Shown: piece after piece, positions 11,201 through 47,719 of the stretch
How positions within the stretch are numbered: position 1 is the first letter of the stretch
How the letters are laid out: the number at the start of each line of letters is the position of its first letter
Assembly (NCBI GenBank): GCA_030141605.1
Contig: JAQGDQ010000119.1
Span: 429,005-493,004, forward strand
DNA from: Tubiluchus corallicola
Lineage: Eukaryota; Animalia; Priapulida
Length of the DNA stretch: 64,000 nucleotides
Direction of reading: 5' to 3'
Position numbers and translations under genes: made by a program
The notes under the pieces: generated by a model
Database searches by the model: none
Told to the model about the DNA's origin: nothing
Seen by the model: the letters and a program-made list of their open reading frames with translations, nothing else

Positions 11201-14200
11201 TGTCATCCCACAATAATTAATCTATGCACCTAAATCCAAACTAATTCCAAAAATGTCATTTAATACCAATTAGCACTAATTTGATAAGTAGTGATTTTTT
11301 TTTCTAATGTGCTTCAAGAACCTATATCGCCTTTGCATTGAAAACAGAAAGGTGTTCAAAGCAAAAATAAAACAAACTTTACCACCGCGCTAAATGTTCA
11401 AACTTAACCGGAAATAAAATGCATTCACTGCAGCATACAGAACGGAACTGTTAAAAGAAATGAAGTAGATTAGTCTAAATTCATTACTAACCTTCCTTGG
11501 GCAAAGCCTTAACTAAATTCACTGCTGCGTCAAACTGCTTTTCATTGTGAGCAGCCATCTTGTCTGGTTGCTTGGTACAGACAGTGCAGAATTAACTTTG
11601 AACTTTGCAGAGCACACTATTTATCAGATGTTTACAAATCATCTGATAAACCCTAGACTTTTGAAGCAACCACAAATAACAAAGAGTTACAGGTAGTAGA
11701 TTATAATACATTATGCATATATGTTAGACTAACGTACTTCATTTCTTTTAACAGTTCATAATAAAATCTATGTATATTATTTTCTCAAGAAAAACCTTCA
11801 TGCGCAAAAAATCAATATGACCAGGAATATAGAAGTTAGATACAAATACCGGTGCTGTATTTGCGATTTACTGTCAACAACCAACCTTGGACTCAAGGTT
11901 TATCACTCAAGAATTTTTGACGAACAGTTGTAAGTAATCAAAACAGTGAAAACACCAGCAAAAAGTACGAACACCTGACAGAGGATTCAAGCGAAAACCT
12001 TTTGGGGCTGCAGTAGCAATGCCTCTTGATGATACAGGTGGTATGCAGCTGCTGTAACAACTATCAAATATTCAAAAACACTCAAATCACGTCTGATGAT
12101 AACCCAGTGAAGATAGCTCTTCAACAAGCCACAGGACCAGCCAGAAAACCTCCAGGATGACGAATGTTAACATATTTAGATTTTGCGCAGATAGATTTAA
12201 ACACTTTAGCACTGACCCTTACAGGTAAATGCACCTTGAACATTGCAGCGAGCAGAGAGTCCTGGCACAAAGAGGTGAACACAATCATGTACCTGCATGC
12301 ATGAGTCATTGAGTGATGATATCATATCTCACAAAAAATGCTTGTGGACAATGAAACTGAAGTGTATATCATTCATTAATTACCATTTCTTTCCCATTTA
12401 CAAAAATTCAAGTCAAACTAATTACATTGTAATATCAAAAGTTTAACCGGCACAGATTTAGGCCTACACCCTAATAAGACTCAGATGCACAGATAATTAT
12501 GTCTAAAAGATGTAGTCTGTTTAAACTTTTGAACAACATATATTACACATATATCAGAGTTTCTTAAAAAAGTGTTTGTGACACTATAAATATGATTGCT
12601 TTTAATATTTTTAGTAGTGTTACAGCACATGCTGGTAATGTAACAGCAGAGACCAGTAAGACCTTTCAGAAGCAAATGCCTATGTACGGGAGGTGGATTA
12701 GAAATATTGCAGAGGTCAATATGATTTTAATTAGCACATCTGTCGACATCACAACATCCACCTTTATGGTAGAATAAATGCCTTCGGAAATTACTGATAT
12801 CAAAGTATCAAGCATAAAGAAGGTATAAAAAATGATCAATCACGAGTCTTTGAAAAAAACAATCTGCTACTAATCATAAAAAAAGAAACGCATCTACCAG
12901 CGAGCTTTCTGCGAATTTGTTAAACCACCAAGCCTAGTCGAATTCGAGCTTTCACAAGAACATTCTGCATTCACAAAACAATTCTTTTTCTGTCTAGTCA
13001 TTATATATCACTTCCTCCGTGAAACAATCTGTACTTGTAACACTGTAAGTAAGTGCTTTAATTTTTCTGCTTGTTCATTTATTATCATTTCCTTTGAAAA
13101 ATTGCAAAATTGTAAATAAGTGTCAGTACAATTTAAAAATGTTAGTTTTGGAAAGGACGATGAGCTACCAAGCCTAAGCACTTGCAAGGCCAAACTAGAT
13201 ATTCAGCTGCATTACGTAAACCTGTGAAACCTGTGTAAATTTGGACACGACAGATACTTACATCTTACAGCAAGGATAAGGTTAAGCAAAAATGACTACT
13301 TTTTACACTCCCTTTTCTGGATGCTTTATTTGTGTTAATTATTCTAACAGGTGGTGGTACTGACAATTAGGGGTGAGCATTCTCTACCTCAAAGCAAATT
13401 CGAATCGAATTTGAGACTTTCTAATTCGAACCAAACCGAATTTCAGTATTTCATTTTCGAATCAAATTCGAATTGAGTTTTGAAAAATTGAAAGATTTTT
13501 GAACAATATTTTCGAACTATCAGTAAAAAGTGACCTTACAAAGATAATGCATATTGTTCGATTCTGCTCTGCAGTAAAGCCACTGGCAATTTGTTTAAAA
13601 ATTGTGCACAAAAATCACAGCTAAACTGTGCTAATTGCCTGATGTTTCAAACGTTTTAATGATGAAGAACGTATGTGGTAGAAGTGTTAAAATATTCGAA
13701 TCTATAACTTTAGGTTCGGATCAAATTCAAACTAAAAAAACTCGTTTGAATCCAATTCGAATGTGCAATGCTCACACCTGCTGATGATACGATCTGGAAG
13801 ATAGTACCATCACGTTCATGTACCAATGACGAAGTGTCAGGTTCTCACAACAATCAAAACGTCTTGTTGATGTTAGGGCAGTCCTGAACCAGGTAATTCT
13901 TGAGAATCGGTCTAATCGAGCTTTAAACTATAGAAATAAATTAGCCTTCACAACATTCCCAGGAAGCGTGTTCCTAGAAGCATTTATAACGTGAGATGCA
14001 AAAAATTTTGCAAATTCTCCCCATTTAGAAACATATTTCTTGTTGATTCTAAGCAAAAGTCCTCTTGTCCTGTGATGGGCTTGAAATTCAAAGAATTTAT
14101 TACTGTCACATTGATCAATACCCTTCAATATTCTGAATATGTGGGTCAATCTTTAATTGCATCTTCTGTACTAATTGTTGTAAGTCCTAAACAGAGTAAC

Positions 14201-16150
14201 CTTTCAGGATAGGGTTTTTTAATAATTCAGACACTACAAATAATTTTCACGTCAGAAGAGAGTCTGTAGAGCTGTAGCACTTTGTAAGTTAAAAAGTGAA
14301 GATTCTCCACATAATTACATGTTCCCAAATTACAATGACAAGACCAACTGTGGTGAAGCATTTGTACAAGTTTCTAATATACTTAATGCATTTAGATTGA
14401 TAAGCATACAACTGTGCAATATTCTACTTTCAGATTTACATAAGCCTTAGAAGAGCTAAAAGAACATGAAGCATTTTGTTAGAGGTAACAAAAAATCGCA
14501 ATTTATCATGATGTTAGTAACTAAAAAAGCTTAGGAAACATTAATTATTGTTCTTGACAATATTTTCTAAACTTCAAATTTTTTTATAACTATTTCAAGT
14601 ACATTCTTGGAAAGCAGTTGCAGCACTAACCATATAAATAATGTATAGTGCACCCTCTTTCTCTTTATACATTCTAAAATTCTCTGTATCTATATAGTAC
14701 ACTAGTCTATATCTGGCTAGTTTGTAGTTTAGCTGGATCTTTTTTAATACTTTCTCAGATTTTTGTGACCAGATGATACAGTTTTGTGGCAAAATGTCTG
14801 CTTTCCGCCTAGACGGCCACGAGTTCAATACTGCAGCCTGGTCATACCAAAGACTAAAAATGGTACCTACTGTTACCCTGCCTGATGTGTGGTATTTGGG
14901 GTAAGAGTGGGGTAATAATAGTCTCTGTTACATTGTTGTGGCACTGTTACTTACAGTCAGACAAAAACCTCCTTAAGCTTGCGTTAATTCATACCCAATT
15001 GTCTATCTAAAACTAAAAGCCCTTTAAATATAGATTACTTTTATAATATTATTATTATTGATAAACAGCTGACTTGGAAACAGACAGTAAAGTACTTGAG
15101 CTGTGATAATTTGACAAGTGTTGTTTCTATTGATGTTTCAAGGTTAAACTGTGAATAATATTCTCTCAAGTATGAGCTGTAATTGTAATGACACAGTAGT
15201 TAATATACACGACAATACATATTGTCTGCCAATTTTTTTTACGGATGCGAAATTCCCAGTATATCAAACAAGTTCATGAAATTAGGGTAAAATGAAGCAC
15301 TGCTTGTAGAAAAATATTCAGTTTTAGACCAAAATGAAAGCGTCAAATTGTTTAATGTATTTTTTGGCACTGGTTACATTACAGTTTATATTTTAATATG
15401 TTTGCATCACGTCTCTACTGAACTCCTTTCTATTTCAATTCTATTCTCTTTTCCTCTATCTTTTTCTATTATTTTATTTTAACTATTCTCTGTGTTCCTA
15501 TTTTTTTCTCTTGTTAAGCAATTTTTTCTCCACTTTTCATAACGGTCTTACAAGCTTTGTTTCTTGACCACCATGCAGCATATTTTTCCTGTTGATAAAT
15601 TATTAATATTATGTAGTTAGTAACTACATTAATATAGTTCATTTATAATTATTGTGATTACATTGACTTGTAATGTAATACATGTAACTGATTTGATATA
15701 TACTAGTTACAATCCGATAATGTAATCATGCTGATGTGGACAATAAATTAGAAATTAGGATGCGAACTAAACTCATATTCATAATAAATTATTGCCCAAA
15801 CAAAAAAATCGCTGAAACCAGTGTTTCAGTAGAAAAGTGAGCTCTTCATTTGCAGCATAATATAGCATAGTACACAATATAGGCTACAGTACAAATTAAA
15901 CAATATTACTTTTAGTTTTAGTTATTACTAGTTACTACTTTACTACTACTTAGTACTACTACTAGGCCTACCAATGACTATATTGTTCCGTTTAGTCACA
16001 GAAAATGTTTCTACTTACCAAAATACCAATTTTTTGGAAAGAACGAAACCTACCATTTTTTGGTAAACTACGAATGACACCTACGGCAGCTTGAAAGCAT
16101 TGATTTAAGTCATTTTTTGATTCAAAAGTTGTTTGTATTGACGACGCCAT
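5209..16150 (-). CDS. ACBD5: Acyl-CoA-binding domain protein, ACBD5/ACBD4-like (ACB domain + FFAT motif); 3' end uncertain
   Basis: Exons (-): 16150-16054 (MASS...FQAAVGVIRSLPKNG), 9764-9644 (TYKPSNEMMLKFYAYYKQAMEGPCKIPRPAFYEVVAKAKW), 8792-8592 (DAWNALGDMDKETAMEKYVEELKQIIETM...), 7041-6719, and 5450-5326 (SDSDSETDYCDTLEQP, FFAT-like), which either splices at GTAAGT 5325 or reads on to TGA at 5209. All phases are consistent. Confidence 0.88.
7520..7965. mobile_element. Degenerate MITE with ATCCG-rich subrepeats
   Basis: Weak TIRs taatgttgatacggat / atccagagcaacacta, plus recurrent atccg/cggat motifs. Confidence 0.4.
8145..8490 (-). mobile_element. Interspersed repeat family A (SINE-like)
   Basis: Reverse-complement match to 34020-34385 over ~350 bp. 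Confidence 0.7.
11492..11558 (-). CDS. ACBD5: Alternative first coding exon (1b) of the ACBD gene
   Basis: ATG at 11558 in aagATGg context; encodes MAAHNEKQFDAAVNLVKALPKE-G, a paralogue of exon 1a (FQAAVGVIRSLPKN-G). It ends in the same phase-1 donor (AAG|GTTAGT), compatible with exon 9764. Confidence 0.8.
11590..11655 (-). promoter_or_regulatory. Candidate internal promoter of ACBD exon 1b
   Basis: Palindromic GATA pair tttatcagatg...catctgataaa enclosing TGTTTAC (forkhead-like), a TATA-like ATAAATAG, and CAAAGTTCAAAGTT (HNF4/DR1-like) just upstream of ATG 11558. Confidence 0.5.
13369..13780. mobile_element. MITE family B (TTCGAA-rich), full copy
   Basis: TIR taggggtgagca ... tgctcacacctg; homologous to 16532-16830 and 18984-19610. 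Confidence 0.8.
13860..14215 (-). mobile_element. CR1-type LINE 3' fragment (RT C-terminus)
   Basis: Translation FRILKGIDQ...FF...RTRG....K...FFASHVINA.NTLPGNVVKA is the typical CR1 ORF2 C-terminal pattern. Confidence 0.75.
14785..14930 (+). mobile_element. Degenerate tRNA-derived SINE fragment
   Basis: B-box-like gagttcaatac followed by gtcataccaaagactaaaaatggtacc...cctgcctg, which resembles a conserved metazoan SINE core (from recall, unverified). Confidence 0.5.
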
Positions 16151-16531
16151 CATCTTGATCACAGCAAAAAAGCGCAACAACCTATTCCCTTAATCTGATT
16201 TCTTTTCAACTTGCTTTTCTTGATTATCAAGTTTTTGAGTCGTCACGAACTGGGTACGACCAAGACACCGTAACAATAAGGTCAACAGACAACAATACAC
16301 CACAGTCCACAGCACTCTAATTATACATAAATATTTTTCTTGTGCACTTGTTCCTTGTTCAAAAACTTTTGAGCAACAACTTTGCTTTAAAATGTACATT
16401 TTTAAATAAATTTGCCAGCTAATTTAGGAAAGTATTGATACCAGAAGAAAATGAAATTTTGTGCTTTTCAAAGACTTCTTTATAGAAAGTGCAAGAAACT
16501 AAATCGCTTTGCAATTATATCCAGTGATGGT

Positions 16532-16830
16532 TAGGAGTGAGCATTCTCTACCAGACAGCTAATTCGAATCGAATCGAATTTGAGACTTTCGAATTCGAAT
16601 CGAACCGAATTTCAGTATTTCGATCCGAATCGAATTCGAATTGAGTTTGAAAGATTTTCGAACCACTAGTAAAAAGTGGTCTTACAAAGATCATACACTT
16701 GTTTTGCAGTAAAACCGCCATTAGCTTGTTAAAAGTTTTGCCCAAAAACTGCAGATAAATAGTGCTAATTGCATACTTTTTCAAACATTCAATGATAAAG
16801 AACGTGTGTGGCTGGAGTGATCAATTATTC
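16532..16830. mobile_element. MITE family B, partial copy
   Basis: taggagtgagcattctctacc... aligns to 13369 onward. Confidence 0.75.
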
Positions 16831-18983
16831 AAATAGCAGATGGGAGTGTTTGACATAAACAAATGGAGTGTGCCACATTTTATAACGTATAAGTATGCAA
16901 ACGACAATTAAACATTGAAGACGTGATTCTCTATTGTCTCCGGATTAATTTGGTGTAAATTATGTAAAGGGTGTAACATAACGTTTTGCCTTCGGCATGC
17001 AAAAACGAGTAACAGTAAATAACAACACAGAACAACAGCAAGCAGCAACAGCAGTCACCCATCCATTTCCTGACCACACCCAGCAGGTTACTTACTACGC
17101 TGTGACCACTAAGTTAGAATATTGCTAGTTGCTCATAGTTACTCCCCTTTCCACTACATAACATGTACAGTGCGCATGCACAATCACATATATAAATGTA
17201 CAGTGTTGCAAACTATATTGCCAACAGATGACGCCACGTTGTTAGAAATGCAGGTATTTCTGCTCTGGTGACAAATGTGCTTATATTTCGTCTGGAAATG
17301 GTGCAATGACAACAACAGTTGCATGTTTCGACTTGTGTAAGGTTAATACTTTTGTGAGAGAATTATTATAGTGTCTTGATTTTACGATAAAGAAAGATTC
17401 GCTTCAATTTTTGAAACAAGTAATTTTAAGTCATAGCTTTATTTATATTGGTGTGTGCAAGAAGCCTTGGGTCGTGGTGTCGTGATGATGATGAGGCGTT
17501 TATTACCTTAGGTAATGTGACAAATTGCTCCTATTATAGCAATGACTTAATATCTCCTTGATATTAGATTATGACAAGTTGTATACTTTTATCAATGTTT
17601 CTATGTCTCTCAGATTCAGATGTTTATTACTTTCTGCATATTACTTGCTCTCTGTTTATAAATAATGCACCTAAAAGTTTGTTCTTTTATAACAGCTTTG
17701 TTTATGCTTTTGAAACTCTGTTACGTCATCAGCATCAGCGTCCTTTTGACTCCTTCGCTATTTGAAATCTTACTGCGAGTACCTCATTTAATTTTCAACT
17801 GGAATCCGTTAGTAGAAACGTGTGTAGGTTAGAGTTGGTATGCTGGCAACGCGAATTCACTAACTTGCACAATGTTTTAGTTCCAAATAAAAGACAACTG
17901 TTGGCCGTCTTTCTAATAAACTATATTGGCTCTTTTTACCCATCACGAAGATCAACCGATAAACATAGAAAAAGCAAACAAACTTTTGTCTATGCGGATA
18001 TAGACATTTTGTTTTGCTAGAAATCTGGGCATTAAGCGAGGTTGGCATTATCATGAGGTTGGACTGTACGTTTGAAAAACTCTTGCCAGTTAAGTACCGA
18101 ATCTGTTATATTTGTTCATACCTACCAGTATTTTCCTTTCCTTTTACTGTAAACCTTTATTATTGATATTTCTGCCAATGGCAAATGGTTAATAGTTTAT
18201 GGACTGTGCACCAATGATGTCACTTTAATATACATTTTTGCAGTTCGTTAAAAATTTTTTATACAATTGCGCATAGATTTAAATACTGAGTAAGCAGAGA
18301 GATTGCTACTTTTGAACAAAAAAGTGGCAAACAATGTTGAAATACAAATACGTGCACTATGGTCTGCTCTTAAGCCAACAATGTGTGCCATGTTGGTACA
18401 AATAAAAATGATTGGTAGGTGACACACTTGGAAGTACTGATCGATGTGTAGGCTAACAGTCTCTTTATTGCTCAAATGCTACATTCACATCTAGGTACAA
18501 ATATCATTTCCTAGAAAACGTGAATTTTTTTCTTTGGATCATGTTTTGTTTAATTCATTTCAATAATTTGGTTAGTTAAGCACAAGAAAGCTACTTTTGT
18601 TGAAGATAGTAGCAAAATGTTGGATACATGTGAATATGTAAATCTCTTGATACAAAATTTTTTTCTGGAATCTGATTTATGCATCTAAATGATTTTTCTT
18701 TTTGTAAATATTCTATATTGTATAATAATTATTACTACGTGTTTGATTATTTTATAGTTATTTAATAAATTTTAGGTTTACAAATTTACTACGCTCACAC
18801 TTTCAATGCTTTTTAGAAACTTTATTCGTATATACGGCTTTTTTACAAAAAGTTTTATTAACACAATGTATTGTGTGATCACAACAGTACTTTAAAAACA
18901 TACTAAAAATTGGAATTCGAAAACAGTACTTTCACTTGAATAATACAAGACGCAATAAAGTTTTATTTTAACAGGGTTGGCAC

Positions 18984-19610
18984 TAGGGGTGAGCATCGAA
19001 CGTTCGAATTCGATTCGAACCAGTTTTTTTATTTCGAACTCGATTCGAATCCAAAACTATACATTCGAATAATTCAGCACTTCACTCACATATGTTCTTT
19101 ATCACTAAAACGATTGAAACATCATGCAATTAGCATAATTTAGCTGTGATTTCTGCACACAATTTTAAAGAAATTACTAGTCGTTTTATTGCAGAACAAA
19201 ATCTAGTGATACACATGATCTTTGTAAGACTAATTTTTACTGGTGGTTCGAAAATCGTTCAATCTCAATTCGAATTCGGTTCGAATTCGAAAGTCACAAA
19301 TTCGGTTCAATTCGAATTTCAGTGTTTCGAATTCGAATTGAGATTGAAACATTTTCGAACTAGTTTTAGAACTACCAGTAAAAATTAGTCTTACAAAGAT
19401 CATGCATGTCACTAGATTTTGTTCTGCAATAAAACGACTAGTAATTGGTATAAAATTGTGCACAGAAATCACAGCTAAATTATGCTAATTGCATGATGTT
19501 TCAATCGTTTTAGTAATAAAGAACATATGTGATTGAAGTGCTGAATTATTCGAATCTATAGTTTTGGGTTCGAATCGAGTTCGAACTAAAAAAACTCGTT
19601 CGAATCGAAC
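18984..19610. mobile_element. Foldback palindrome made of two inverted MITE family B arms
   Basis: Arms ~19009-19278 and ~19328-19609 are reverse complements; the mirror ORFs 19146+ and 19472- confirm symmetry about ~19309. Confidence 0.85.
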
Positions 19611-21733
19611 TATTTATTTATGCCCTACTTCTTAGAAAAAAAATTACGGCAGAACAAAATTTTGCATGAACAAAATCTACAAGACACAGACGCACCATTT
19701 TAGTTTCCCAAGGTGAAATGGATCCTAAACCTTGTCTGGAAGAAATCCGCACTAAAGCATATAATAAACATAACAGAAGTTACAAAAAACAAATTATTCA
19801 CTCTTAAACAATGAAACCAATAACGATACAATACAGTTAAATGCTGCTAGACCGACTATTGAGCAATAAAAAAAAATTACACGAATCTCCAGTACACAAA
19901 TGTTGAAATGGTAATACTTGCAAGTTTCTTAAGAGCTGCCGAAAAACTTACTAATAACTGCCATTTCAAAATTATTCGTTAACAATAGGATGGGCCAGTA
20001 AATGTTGAAAAAAGCCAGGACTTGAACGAGTCACATTTAGATACAAGTTCATGGCTTGACAACACGGCTTTGTGTAGCTAGTGTCCAGTAGTTTAATTGT
20101 CCAGGCGTTGCACATAACACAAAGGACCTAGTTCAAATTCGGACTCAGCCAAGCTTTTTTACAGACAATTCCTTGCAGTCAGATTTTATATCAAAAATTC
20201 GATAACCGAGCATTCATCCCATCATTGTTGATTAATGTTGTTACCTTACCACACCAAGCAATGCAAAGCGAATGTACACATGAAAATTTTAAGAGCTAAC
20301 AAAAATGACTTCACGTTCAACATGTTTGTCTAGAGAAAATAAGCCATTGAACAACAAATACAATCAGATTACAGCACAGTAACCACTGCAATATACACAT
20401 TTTACATATTAAAACTTAAAATGCCAGCAAAGCAATGTAATGCAAACAAATGCATTAAAAAGCAATATGGAGGAAATTGTAGAGAACTGTAGTAACACTA
20501 GAAATAAAAACAAGTTAACGGTAATTCCCACAAACATCCAAAAATAACAGAAAACTGAACACAATGAACTAAATTTGCAGAAAGCAGGCACTTCATCGCG
20601 TACAAGCAACTATTCAGATATGATATCTATATTACATTTTGCAAACAATTTTAATAATACCTGAAATAATAATATTTCAATATCTTTACAATAATAATGA
20701 GTCCACATGCCTGACTCTTCACCTATATGCAACAGCATAAAAACCACACATAATATATATATAAAAACACAGGAACTTAAACATGGATGCAATATGTCAA
20801 AGTGTCTTGACTTCAAATCCATTTCTTTCAGTGGTCTTTTCGACTATCCATATACACCAGCAGCAACTGAGTGGCCTTAGTACAACTGAAGGTTATTATC
20901 TAGTACCTATAGGTCCTATACCTTTAGATGTAGTAACTGTACTGTAACAGTCTCACAACTTTTTGTTGCAACATACATGGACACTTGTAGTTTTTATCAT
21001 ATTGCTACACCTCTGAAAACTATAGGCCATAACAGACTATCACAAATGATAGAAAACAGTTACATTTTCACAAAAAGGCAAAATCAACCAACAGTGAGAA
21101 AAAACATTGCAGAATAAGCATTAAATGACAACTAACCTATGCAAGGCCAATATAACTATGCTGTAGATACGTGTAATAGCTACAACTCGTGAACATAAAA
21201 TATGCACAGTTAACATGAAGTAGAAAAATAAATGTATCTCCTTGCAAATACAACTTTGGTTTTGAATAAAAGCCCAACTGCAACAATTCTCATCCCATTA
21301 GTGAAAATTTTTACACATTTCTTTTTTCGACATTTGCCAACGTTTTAAAAAAATAATTTTAGTAACAGAGTCACAAACGAAAAGAGAAATGGTCTAAATT
21401 TCACACTATAAGGAGATTCTGGCTCCAAACTTACTGGCACAGCTAACATGAGTGGAAAATTCTCACACATACATTTTAATTGCATTTATATCGGTGAACA
21501 TTCATCAAACTTGCAACATAAAAACAAGTAATGTTTCTGAAAAAATTCTACACAAAAACCGGCTATGGCTATCACACGGTCAACTGTGTTCAGACATCTC
21601 AAAATAACCAAACCAAAGTCGAACTGACCAATCCAATAATGCTGCCACGATTGTTGCACAGCTTCAAAGAAATTAAAACCGACTGTATCAAGTCTCACGG
21701 GCAAGTTGGCGTGGAATGTTCAGGAATGCCTCC

Positions 21734-46067
<24,334 letters not shown>

Positions 46068-46446
46068 ACTAATTTTCTGTTAGAAATGGAATCTGCAACG
46101 TAAATAGAAGCACTGATAAAACACATGTTCATAATGGCCATAAAGGAATTCCAAAACAGAAAACGTCCTATTTCACTAAGTCTGAATTTTCAATATTTTC
46201 AAGGTAGTTAATGAAGGAGTGCATGCGTGGTGTTAGGTGGTGGTCGGCGAAGATTTTTAACTCCGACAATTTGAAGATTTTCTACCAAAAAATTCTTGAT
46301 CCCTCACCTTCCAAGGCTGATCCTTGACGGTGAAGCTACTTGGAAATTATCAGTGATAGTTATATACGAAAAACTTTTGCTTAAAATTTCTCGCAAGGTG
46401 TTTTTGAATACGTGAGTTGTTTCTAAACAAGGCGTGTATCGCTGGA

Positions 46447-47440
46447 TGTAACATGGCGTCTTTAGCGTGAAAAAAACACACTTTTTGTAATTCCTGACTT
46501 TAAAATTTTTCTGTCTATCCTGACATAAATTAGCTGTGCAAACGGTAGGACGTATTTATCACAATACTACTGCAAACTACATAAATTGATATTGAAGTTG
46601 AAAACATAGACCCAAAGAAGGAAACAAAGGCAAGACCTCAACTCGGGCAAGAAAATCGACCACAATTTCTATTAATGATTCTACAGACTTTCAGGCTAGC
46701 TACTGAGTTGTTGGTATCAACAGGGGAATTTTGTCCTTGTAAAATGTGCGGTGAAAACGTTGATGTTAATATTAAAGCACTGTACTGTGACTATTGTGAA
46801 TTGTGGTCATGCACAAAGTGCCTAGGTTACTCAGATGAAACGTACACATTGACATAAAATACATCAATGTTATGGTTTTGCCCGGGTGAATTTGTTGAGG
46901 CGAATGCATCCATTAATTTGTCTAAGAAACTAGAGGCCAGCACTGAAAATGTAAAGCTATCTCACTTTAGTAACGAAACTAGAAGAACAGGTTCAACAGC
47001 TAAATTGTAAATTAAGTTCAAAAGCAGACAAGTCCAAGATTAGACTGCTAGAAGACTAAGTTAAACATTTGGAAAAAAAATGAACTAGCAATGACATAAG
47101 AGATAAAGTAGGAGTGTTCGAAGATAAAATAAAAGATACCGAGTCTTCCGTAAAACAAATGAAGTCAGACACAGAGTTTCCAAGATTAGAAACAGCTGCT
47201 GGGGTTGTAACACAAGCAGATATCGATAATAAAATAAAAGCTGAATTAGGAGAAATTAAACAGAGAGAAGTCCGGTGCAAGAATATTGTTGTCTTCAATA
47301 TGGCAGAAAGCCATAATGATAGTTTGGATAAAAGAATTGAGATTGATATTGAAGCCTTTAAGAATCTCTGTGAAATGGAACCAGGCATTAAAGATGTGAT
47401 TACTGAAAATGTAAGAAGACTGGGCAAGCAGTTTAATTAT
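46447..47440 (+). mobile_element. Decayed CR1/L2-type LINE 5' region with ORF1 remnant (PHD finger)
   Basis: CKMC...ALYCDYCELWSCTKCLG (PHD-like) and EIKQREVRCKNIVVFNMAES...VRRLGK (ORF1 motif), interrupted by stops and frameshifts. Confidence 0.75.
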
Positions 47441-47719
47441 TTAAAATGCGTTTTTTTTTAATTAAATACATGCTTATAGTGCTATCAAATGAGCACACTT
47501 GCAACTATGGTGGCGCACTCTATAATTTTTGTTCAACCACCCTATTAAGAGAAGGTTGGACAAGCACTGGGCTGGGAAAAAGATAGAAAATACAAGGCCT
47601 CCTTTGGGGATATGGATACGAACATATATACACAATTTGGCTAAAAGATCACTTTGCCGAAACAACATAAGGTATAAGGAAGGCAGAACGAGGGGCACTC
47701 GCATAATAAAATCTACAAA

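Noticed and set aside
19146-19472. Pair of similar ORFs on opposite strands
   Set aside because: Mirror images produced by the palindrome.
20070-20150. tRNA gene
   Set aside because: Only degenerate A/B-box-like motifs and no convincing cloverleaf; probably a repeat remnant.
46675-47461. Host PHD-finger gene
   Set aside because: Stops and frameshifts, no splice structure, and LINE ORF1 motifs.
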